64,000 bases of DNA from an uncultured delta proteobacterium. Its GTDB lineage: Bacteria; Desulfobacterota; Binatia; UBA9968. Below are positions 1-8,475 of this stretch, one piece after another. The notes beneath the pieces were generated by a model. That model ran no database searches. It saw only the letters and a list, made by a program, of their open reading frames with translations, and was not told the origin of the DNA. The position numbers and the translations under genes are program-made. The stretch is from the NCBI GenBank assembly GCA_963840855.1, contig CAWJBB010000068.1:55678-119677 (forward strand), given 5' to 3'. Each line of letters starts with the position of its first letter. Positions within the stretch are counted from its first letter, which is position 1.

Positions 1-62
1 ACGGTTATTTCCACGATCGCTGATCGCCCACGAGGGCATGAAATTATCATTGTAACAATCGC

Positions 63-1049
63 ATGGTAAACACCGTCACAGTGTTCACTGGAAATCTGCT
101 CGCGATACTTTTCATGCTCGCTTGCGCGGCCTTCGAAGCCCAAGCACAAATGCACCGTATTGGCGTCTTGGTGCCCGAAATGGGCCGGGCGCAGTCCCAA
201 GCGCAAAAAGGACTGATCGAGGAACTGCAACAGTTAGGCTACCAACCACGGAAAAACGTCAGTTTTGAAATCCGCAATGCCAAGGGCAACCGAAATGCGC
301 TTCAACCCGCGGCCAATGAACTCGCCGCGAGTAAAATCAATTTAATTTTTACCACCGGAACCAGAGCCACGCTGGCGGCAAGCGCGGCCACGCGCGATAT
401 TCCCATCGTTTTCGTTCATCCGGGCGACCCCATCGCGTTGGGTCTCTTGAAAGGTTCCGGAGAATCCAGAGGCAACGTCATGGGTGTCGCCGCCTTCGCG
501 GCGCAAACGACGGACATCCGGCTCGCGCTTCTGAAAGAAATCTTTCCCGCGCTGCAAAAACTCCACATCTATTTTGACTCCAACAGCAGTTATGCAGCGG
601 AGAATTTGGCTCTAGTGGAATCCGCCGCCAAAAAGCTGGCTCTACATGTCGTTAACCACGGCGTAAAATCAGTGGACGAGTTGAAAGCGAGCGTCAGCGC
701 GACTCCGAGCGAGCAGGGCGCGGCAATTTTTCACATACCGGATGACCTGGTTGAAAGCGAGGTGGATTTCATCTTTGAAACGGCGCGGCAAAAGAAACTG
801 CCGACGATGTTCAACGAGGAGGCTTGGGCCATCGCCGGGGCGATGGCCGCCCACGGGCCCAACTATTTTCAGATGGGCCGCCAGGCCGGCCGTCTCGCGG
901 ACGGAATTCTCAAAGGACAAACGCGCGGTTCCGTGCCGGTCCAGCGTGCCGCTAAATTCGATCTGACGCTCAATTATCGGACGGCCAACATTATCGGATT
1001 GCGCCTTTCTCAGGAGATCTTGAAAAAAGCCGACAAGGTCATTCGCTGA
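63..1049 (+). CDS. Periplasmic substrate-binding protein (ABC_sub_bind / Trp-Tyr-binding type)
   Basis: Signal peptide (AFEAQA), RIGVL start, IPIVF..DP, GPNYFQMGRQAG, FDLTLNYRTA..IGL..ADKVI C-terminus typical of this family. Confidence 0.9.
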   Translation: MVNTVTVFTGNLLAILFMLACAAFEAQAQMHRIGVLVPEMGRAQSQAQKGLIEELQQLGYQPRKNVSFEIRNAKGNRNALQPAANELAASKINLIFTTGTRATLAASAATRDIPIVFVHPGDPIALGLLKGSGESRGNVMGVAAFAAQTTDIRLALLKEIFPALQKLHIYFDSNSSYAAENLALVESAAKKLALHVVNHGVKSVDELKASVSATPSEQGAAIFHIPDDLVESEVDFIFETARQKKLPTMFNEEAWAIAGAMAAHGPNYFQMGRQAGRLADGILKGQTRGSVPVQRAAKFDLTLNYRTANIIGLRLSQEILKKADKVIR

Positions 1050-1061
1050 CCGAGCCAACTC

Positions 1062-3728
1062 ATGGAGCCCGTCGCCGATACCATCAGAACCATTCCCATA
1101 TTCTCCGGGCTTTCCCGCGAGGATACCGCGAAGGTTCTCGGCAAAATGGAAGAGACTTCGTTTGCCGCCGGGACAACGATTGTTTCCCAAGGCGATCAGG
1201 GCGATGCGTTTTATCTGATTCAGTCCGGCGCGGTGCAGGTGATGTTGGAAAGCGACGCCGGCAAGTCGGAAGTCATCGCGGTGCTCGGGGCGAAGGACTG
1301 GTTCGGAGAAATGGCGCTGTTTACCGGCGAGCCACGTTCAGCGACGATCTTGGCGGTAAAGCCGACGATTCTCTGGCGCCTCAACCGCGAGGCCTGGGAT
1401 GATCTCATCGACAAACATCCGACCTGGCTCTTGCAGCTCTGCGCGACCCTGAGCAAACGACTGTCTCACCTGGATCGGCAATATTCCACGGGACGCGAAG
1501 CATTCAACTCGTTGGCGGGAGAGTTCTACAGCTCGCGGCCGCCCGAGCAGCAACAGTTTTTCCGCCGCGCCTGTCTGCTGAGCGATATCGACAGTTCCAC
1601 GGTAGAGCGGTTACTCGGCACGGCCGGGGCGAAATCATACCTGGCGGATCTCGAAAAGAACCGGTTCCGTCTGGTCCGCCGTCTGGACGGAACAAAATAC
1701 GAGCTGCACAGCTACTTCAAAGATTTCCTGCGGGAAAAGCTGCTCGAAACCGATGGCAAAGAAACCAAACTCAAGCTCGACCGGCAAATCAGCGCCGAGT
1801 ATGCGGCGCTGGGCGATTGGCGGCAAGCGGTTTACCATTTGTTGGAAGCCGGCGACTCGCCCAAAGCGGCCGAGCTTCTGATTGCGCAAAAGGAGCCGTT
1901 GCTGAGCGACGCTGTTGGGTTTGTCAAGGCGGCCATCGACTCCTTGCCCAGGGATCAACTTTATTCCGACCCGCGCCTGGTTCACTTGCACGCGACGGCG
2001 CTGGCCCAACTGGGCGACCCGGCGGGAGCCGTGCGCATTTACAGAGAAGTTCTTTCTCAACGATCTCGAGAAATTGCCGGGGCCGAGGCCATCACTCGCC
2101 ATATCCGCATGGCGGAAACTCTGGCGCGGCGAAAGGAATTTGGCCAGGCGCTTAGCGTTTTGCGCAGTGCCCTCGACATGGCCGGTCATGAGAGCGTGAC
2201 ATCGTCCGGCGACGTCTCGAGACTTTACCTCGACGCGAACCATCAGACGGCGACAAACCCGTTGGGCGCAGCTGGGGTCGTGGCATCGCCGTTCCGTTAC
2301 CGGCTAGGAAAATATTCCGGCTCAGTCGAAATAGGATCGGTCAGCAAATGGTTCGGCGCCATTCTCGGCTTGGGCCTATGGGGATATCTCTGGTTTGGCA
2401 AACCAGACATCGGCCTTGATGACAGCGGCACGAAACTACTCGGATTGTTGTCCCTAACGTTGATCTATTGGGTTTTCTGGGTGTTGCCCGATTACGGTGT
2501 AGCGTTCATCTTCGCCCTGGGACTGATACTTACCGGATTGGCATCGGGGGAAACCGTCCTGGGAGGCTTCGCCAGCACCACTTGGTTTATGACCCTGGGT
2601 GTGCTCGGCCTGGGAGCGGCGATCACCGGCTCAGGTCTATTTTATCGCCTCTCCCTGCACCTGGTGCGGTTTTTCCCTTTGAGTTTTTATTGGCAGGTCG
2701 TCGGCATGGGCCTCATGGGCGTCGTCGTCATGGCATTGATCCCGCAACAGACCGCAAGAACAGTCGTCATCAGCCAGATGCTGGTGAACCTTTCCGAGAG
2801 CCTTGGCTATAAAACCCCTTCCAGGGCATCCACCGGTTTGTTCGCCGCAAGTTTTCTTGGACTGGGCCAGCTCGGTTTTCTTTTTCTTACGGGTTCCACC
2901 ACCAGTTTGATCGCCTGGGGCCTGCTGCCCGCGGATGTGCGCAGCCAACTCACCTGGGGATATTGGTTTCTCGCCGCCCTTCCGCCCGCATCGATCGTCC
3001 TCATCATGGTGCTGGCCGCCATCGTTCTTATCTTCCGGCCCGAGTCGGAGCCGAAGATTTCTTATAAAATGGTGCAAACCCAACTGGATGTTCTGGGGCC
3101 GCTGTCCGCCAAGGAATGGATCAGTCTGGGAGTGCTCTGCTTCACAGTTACAGGGTGGCTTACGGTCTCTTATCACGGCATCGACGGCGCTTGGATCGCG
3201 TTGATTGCCTTTTGCGTTTTGGTCAATACCGGTGTCTTGGGCTGGCAAAATTTGAAAAAGGCGATTGATTGGGAATTACTCCTCTATATGGGCGTAACGT
3301 TGAGCATCCCCACGCTCTTAACTCAGGCCAGAATCGACCAATGGCTGGTGGAACTGATGACTCCGGCAATCGAACCTTTTATGAATCATCCCGCTTCGTT
3401 TTTCCTCGTTATCGCCCTGCTTACCTACGCGCTCAAATTGTTCTTTACTAGTTTCCTTACCGTGGTAACGCTCTCCGTCGCGTTGGTGCCATTGTCGGTC
3501 GATGTCGGCATGAGTCCCTGGATCATCGCCATGATCATTCTGATGGCATCGGAAGTCTGGTTTTTCCCGTTTCAGGTGGACTGGCACACGATGGCGTACT
3601 CCACCACCGAGAAAAAAGGTTTCAGCTATCCGCTCATGTGCCGCGTCAATCCCATCTACGCCCTCGCCTACATCACCGCCCTCATCGCAGCGATCCCGTA
3701 TTGGAGATACCTCGGCCTGATGGACTAG
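1062..3728 (+). CDS. Fusion: cNMP-binding domain + MalT-like winged-helix/TPR region + DASS/SLC13 anion transporter
   Basis: aa ~10-130 IPIFSGL..QGDQGDAFYLIQSGAV..FGEMALFTGEPRSAT (cNMP). aa ~150-280 QQQFFRRACLL..YELHSYFKDFL..AVYHLLEAGD (MalT WHD/arm). aa ~430-888 polytopic, with GGFASTTW, IPQQTAR, FLTGS, LGPLSAKE, AIDW (DASS). Confidence 0.85.
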   Translation: MEPVADTIRTIPIFSGLSREDTAKVLGKMEETSFAAGTTIVSQGDQGDAFYLIQSGAVQVMLESDAGKSEVIAVLGAKDWFGEMALFTGEPRSATILAVKPTILWRLNREAWDDLIDKHPTWLLQLCATLSKRLSHLDRQYSTGREAFNSLAGEFYSSRPPEQQQFFRRACLLSDIDSSTVERLLGTAGAKSYLADLEKNRFRLVRRLDGTKYELHSYFKDFLREKLLETDGKETKLKLDRQISAEYAALGDWRQAVYHLLEAGDSPKAAELLIAQKEPLLSDAVGFVKAAIDSLPRDQLYSDPRLVHLHATALAQLGDPAGAVRIYREVLSQRSREIAGAEAITRHIRMAETLARRKEFGQALSVLRSALDMAGHESVTSSGDVSRLYLDANHQTATNPLGAAGVVASPFRYRLGKYSGSVEIGSVSKWFGAILGLGLWGYLWFGKPDIGLDDSGTKLLGLLSLTLIYWVFWVLPDYGVAFIFALGLILTGLASGETVLGGFASTTWFMTLGVLGLGAAITGSGLFYRLSLHLVRFFPLSFYWQVVGMGLMGVVVMALIPQQTARTVVISQMLVNLSESLGYKTPSRASTGLFAASFLGLGQLGFLFLTGSTTSLIAWGLLPADVRSQLTWGYWFLAALPPASIVLIMVLAAIVLIFRPESEPKISYKMVQTQLDVLGPLSAKEWISLGVLCFTVTGWLTVSYHGIDGAWIALIAFCVLVNTGVLGWQNLKKAIDWELLLYMGVTLSIPTLLTQARIDQWLVELMTPAIEPFMNHPASFFLVIALLTYALKLFFTSFLTVVTLSVALVPLSVDVGMSPWIIAMIILMASEVWFFPFQVDWHTMAYSTTEKKGFSYPLMCRVNPIYALAYITALIAAIPYWRYLGLMD

Positions 3729-3848
3729 GCGCGACCGGAATACGCGCCCGTTCCCGAGGGATAAACTCTTTCGTTGTTCGCGCTCGTAGTTCGACCGTTT
3801 GACTTTGCTCACGACCCTCAGACTTGATCAAGCTGCCAAGCAAAGACT

Positions 3849-5669
3849 CTACTTGTGGCGTTGCACGTAGGGCTCCATCGTCGCTTCCACAGCAGTGTCT
3901 TCTTCGCGGTAGAACGCCGCTGAAGTGTAAACCAGGAGTGGCGCTTCTCGGCCTTGCACCTTGACTCGTTGTAACGGCTTCAACGGCACCCCCTCCGGTA
4001 GTTCTGCGGCGGTAAACTCGCTGATGAGCATCGGCACCCCCATCTCTTTTGTGAGCGCTTCAAGCCGGGAAGCGAGATTGACAACATCGCCAATCGCTGT
4101 GAAATCGGAGCGCAGCTCAGATCCAATACTTCCCACTACCGCATCTCCGGAGTTGATGCCGACGCCGATCTTTAAAGCCCGGCCCATAAGCTCCGCCCAT
4201 TTGGGGTCGAGGTTTTCCACCATTTCGACCATTTCGAGACCTGTCTTTACGGCTCTCAGGGCGTCATCGCCGTGAGATTTGGGCGATCCGAATACCGCCA
4301 TCATCCCGTCGCCGATAAATTTGTCCACCGTCCCACCATGCTTGAAGACGATCTCGGTAGTTTTCGCAAAGTATTCACTGAGGAACGACACGACCTGTTC
4401 AGGCTCGATTTGCTCCGAAATGCTGGTAAAGCCTCGGACATCCGAGAAAAGCACGGTAATATGCCGGCGCTTGCCACCGAGCGCGAGACCTTCGCGGTCT
4501 TCCAAAATCTCTTCGACGATATCGCGGGAAACGTATCTGCTGAATTGCGCGCGGTAACGAAGGCGTTCTCTTTGCTCCCTGACATAATTATTCAGAGTCA
4601 ATCCGCCATGGCTCAGCACGATTCCGAGGAGCGCCGGTGTCATGGGAAGCCAGAGCCGGTACTTTGAAAAAGCGATTATGCAACCCAAGACGAACAACGC
4701 GGCCAAGGCGATTACGACGGCGAAAGCCTTGACGGGTTTGAGCTGGATCGATGGCCAGATAGTAAACCCGCATAACAGGATAAAAATGAGCGCATGTTGC
4801 CAATCCGCGAGAGGGATAATTGGATTGCCGGCGTAGAACGTTTCAATCAAGTTGGCCTGGATCTCCACTCCAGCCATCGGCTGGGTGGCGGAAAAAGGCG
4901 TGCCAAAAACATCGTGCAGGCTGGGCGCGAAGGAGCCTATGAGAACGATCTTATCGCGAAACACGGCAGGGTCGATTTCATCCCGCAAGATTCGGTAGTA
5001 GGGCACGGTTGGATAGGTGCGCGGCGGGCCGCGAAAATTGATCAAGAGTGGCTCCAGACCGATCGTCATGTCCGGCGTCCTTTTGGATGTCATCGCCGCT
5101 TGCTGTATCAGATGAGCAAAGCTAGGGTAGACCTTATCTTGAAAGGACAACGCAGGCCGAGCGCTGCGAACAAGGCCGTCTTGGTCGGTGACCAGATTCA
5201 CCGGACCGTAGCCGAGCGCGTCCTCGCGAATCAAAGGAATCGGCAGGTTCATGGTCTTTTTGGGCCCGAAGTCACTCGCCACTTCGGTGAGCTCGCAGGC
5301 AAGAACTACGTTGCCGGCTTGTTTGATCGCTGCCGCGAGCTCGCGGTCCTCGCGCGGATCGGATTTGGGCTCCGTGAACAAAATATCGAGACCGATTATC
5401 CGGGCCTGGCTGCTTGAAAGCTTTCTGACCAGTGTGGCGTGAAGGTCGCGCGGCCATGGCCATGGTAAGTTGAGTTCGTCGAAAGAGTCCTGATCGATGC
5501 TCACAACCACAATGGGCGCTTCGGGGAGCATCGTTCCGCGCATTTGGAATCGCAGGTCCAGGCTGTGCAGCTCGATTTTAGCCAACAAACCAAGCTGGTA
5601 AGCGGTATAAATCAGCCCGGCCAGGCTCACTCCGATGATTACCGGCAGAAAATGCGCTTTAAGTTTCAT
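3849..5669 (-). CDS. CHASE2-domain class III adenylate/guanylate cyclase
   Basis: IVVVSIDQDS, WPWPR, D.DG.VR, GVEIQAN (CHASE2); three TM helices; LFSDVRGFT, DKFIGDGMMAVFG, FTAIGDVVNLASRLE (Lys/Thr specificity residues fit ATP). Start placed at ATG 5669 (ORF track 5738). Confidence 0.92.
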   Translation of the reverse strand: MKLKAHFLPVIIGVSLAGLIYTAYQLGLLAKIELHSLDLRFQMRGTMLPEAPIVVVSIDQDSFDELNLPWPWPRDLHATLVRKLSSSQARIIGLDILFTEPKSDPREDRELAAAIKQAGNVVLACELTEVASDFGPKKTMNLPIPLIREDALGYGPVNLVTDQDGLVRSARPALSFQDKVYPSFAHLIQQAAMTSKRTPDMTIGLEPLLINFRGPPRTYPTVPYYRILRDEIDPAVFRDKIVLIGSFAPSLHDVFGTPFSATQPMAGVEIQANLIETFYAGNPIIPLADWQHALIFILLCGFTIWPSIQLKPVKAFAVVIALAALFVLGCIIAFSKYRLWLPMTPALLGIVLSHGGLTLNNYVREQRERLRYRAQFSRYVSRDIVEEILEDREGLALGGKRRHITVLFSDVRGFTSISEQIEPEQVVSFLSEYFAKTTEIVFKHGGTVDKFIGDGMMAVFGSPKSHGDDALRAVKTGLEMVEMVENLDPKWAELMGRALKIGVGINSGDAVVGSIGSELRSDFTAIGDVVNLASRLEALTKEMGVPMLISEFTAAELPEGVPLKPLQRVKVQGREAPLLVYTSAAFYREEDTAVEATMEPYVQRHK

Positions 5670-6113
5670 GGGGCTCTGGTGGATCCGTGCAATCAGCGCT
5701 AAGCGACTGTTGATAGTCTGTCCTGTCGCATAATTCAATGCCCCTTCCAGTCAGATAAACTGGATTGACAGGTGAATCAATAACTCCTTGGCACTTGTTG
5801 GCGGTTTACGATTTCTCGTTAACCCCAACTCGGTTGAACGCGCGCCTGTTTCTATTTCCCGGACGAATCCGGCGCTCTTCTATGCGCCCTGCGATGAACG
5901 ACAAAACCTCGTAGTGGGTCCGACCAAATTTGTCTACGCTTCCGCTCATCAGTATCTTTACCGGGTTCGTATTCCCTCCCTTATGACCCCAGGAGTCACC
6001 AATAGTGAAGCCCTTTCTTAACGCCCTACTTTACGCCACCGATTGGCATGCTTACTGCACCTGCGCCGGGGAACATTCAATCCCTGAGCCGGCGTCAACG
6101 CCGGTGTGGCGAC

Positions 6114-6566
6114 ATGAAAACTTTACCGAAGACAATTTTTGTCAGTCTGCTGTTTCTTACCTCATGTTCCACAGGTATGGTGGGTTCCTCATCGACGCTC
6201 CGAGCGGATCCGGAAATTTTTTGGGTGGGCGAATTAGAGGTTAGGCTCTATCAAGATCGCGAAAAAATGACTCGCGAGCTGCCGCCGTCCTTGGCGTTGC
6301 CAGGCGCCTTGAGGATAGGCGGCAAGCAGCTCCAAATTTTCGGCTACTATGACGAACAAAACAAACGGATTTTTTCAGTAAATGACGCCCGCGTTCTGCT
6401 GCACGAAATTAAGCATTATTTGGAACCGCATTGGCGGCATGAAATTGGCGCTAACTACCTCGATGCGTTGGGGCAGGGTATCCAATCCGCCTGTGTCGAT
6501 TGTGCCGCTCCGACGCCAGAGAAGAGCTCGGTAGTCAATCCCATCCTCGTCGGCCAATCCCGTTAA
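6114..6566 (+). CDS. Hypothetical lipoprotein with HExxH and CxxC motifs
   Basis: MKTLPKTIFVSLLFLTSC lipobox-like signal; LLHEIKH; CVDC near the C-terminus. Confidence 0.6.
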   Translation: MKTLPKTIFVSLLFLTSCSTGMVGSSSTLRADPEIFWVGELEVRLYQDREKMTRELPPSLALPGALRIGGKQLQIFGYYDEQNKRIFSVNDARVLLHEIKHYLEPHWRHEIGANYLDALGQGIQSACVDCAAPTPEKSSVVNPILVGQSR

Positions 6567-6616
6567 GTGAGCGGCGCGATCAACGCCGCAGAGCCAGCTC
6601 AAGACTTCCTGAGAAT

Positions 6617-8270
6617 TTAGAACCGCCACGCCACACTCGTCGTGACCACATGCCGCTTGTATTGGAATGCGGCCAAGTTCGATTGGTTTCTATCGTAGAG
6701 ATACTCCAGCGCAACGTTGAGTGAGCAACTGCCGTTCGCGCCGCAAAAGGAAGAAGATTTCAAAAAGTCGGGAACGAAGTCTCTGGCGATGCCTATCTGA
6801 TGGACCGGTTCTCGGTCTCGCCGCTTCACCGTGTTGGGCGCAGTTGCCGGCTGCAGACTATTTTTATTCCGATAGAAACGCCAGTGGAAATCGAGATCGT
6901 AACGTAAGCGGAGTTCCCACCACGGCAAGCTGTATTGAAAGCCCGTCACGAGACGCTGGCCCTGATAACTCCAGTTGTCTCCCTCAGCGAACTCCGCATC
7001 GAACTGGTAGCCTAGCCTGGCGAAGTGCCGCCCCCCGTCAAAAAGCAGGACGTGAGCCAGACCCATCATATAGTTATTGGCATCGCGGACTTCACTGCGC
7101 ACGACCCTGTCATCGTCATAGAAATCCTTCCACTGAAATGTATATTGCAAGGTAGTTATGTTCCCTGCATTGGCCGCTAGGGTCAAATATGAGCTGACGA
7201 TGCCGCGCTGGGTAAACGGGGCATTACCCAATGAAATAAAATCGTACGTGACCTGGAGGCCGGCCTCATAAGGCAGCGCGCCAAAAGCGCTCTGCGTCGC
7301 GCCGCGCCGCGCGATGCTTAAGGTCGGGGTATGACTTTGCGTGTTAAACTCGGTCAGGTGATTGTAATAGGATTGCAGAAACCTGTAGGAGATATCTCCC
7401 TCCCAGTCGGGGTTCTTCAGCCATGTATAGCCGAGATTGACAGTGGCTAATTCGCCTTCGCTCTTGCGCCGTGGATTAGTTTCCCGGATGACTCGTCGTC
7501 GTAATGTCGCTGTTCGGATCGGGAACCACGGGCACGTTAGTGTCGTAATACACTCCCAGCCGCAGCTCGCCGCGGAAAAATTTTTCTTCACTCTCCGCCT
7601 TCTGCAGGATTTCCCCGAAGCGCTGCAACGGCGCCACCAGAGGAGATACCGGCTGAAGACGCAGAGCCTGATCAATCTCGGCTCGCGCCTCGCCGGCATA
7701 GCCGAGGGCGGCAACCGCCAAGCCGGTATAAAAATGCGCGAGCTGCGCGAAATTATCGTCGCTGGGGACATTGGCCCTAAGGAGGGTCAGGGCATCGCGG
7801 TAATTTTTTTTACGGTACTCGATGAAGCCGAGATAATAGCCGATGTTGGGGCGGCGGGGGTCAGCCTGATACGCCTGGCGAAGCAGGGGTTCCGCCTGTT
7901 CATACTCTTTCTGCGCAAAATGCAAGACCCCCAGCTGGAACGCGACGTCCGCATCGGCGGGTTGGATCGCTCTGGCCTTTTCGAGCGCTGCGCGGGCATC
8001 ACCGGGCCGATCCAGAGCGCTATAAACAAGGCCCTGATAATAGAGAGCGTCGACGCTCTGCGGATTCAAACGGAGCGCCTCCTGCAACTCCTTCAAGGCC
8101 GCATCATATCGCTTCTCGTTGTAAGCAAGAACCGCCCGATCGACGAAAACCGCTGCCTCGAGTTCCCCGGATTTCGGCGCTTGAGCGCCGGCAGTAGAAG
8201 GCGGAAAAATACTTAACAACCCAAACAGTACGGCAACCAGGACTTTTAGAGCGAAGAAGCGACACGCCAT
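6617..8270 (-). CDS. TPR + outer-membrane beta-barrel protein (DUF560/Slam-like); frameshift near 7480-7500
   Basis: Signal peptide and TPR repeats (ORF 7476-8567 from M at 8270), YYDTNV barrel start; alternating beta-strands ending in C-terminal WRF (ORF 6617-7771). Confidence 0.75.
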
Positions 8271-8475
8271 TTTATCCTCTAGGTAACATCGATTCTCACA
8301 AATTTCCGGATTATCGCTGCTCATCCCTAAACTGTCAAGCAAATTAGTCAATGATGTTATAAACTTAGCAAAGCCCTTGACAATCATTTTTAACCCGGTA
8401 TAGCTGTTGCACTCGATAATTTTGATCGAGTGGCCGTGTGATTTTATGTCGACTGGTCTCAATTGGAGGACTTTG

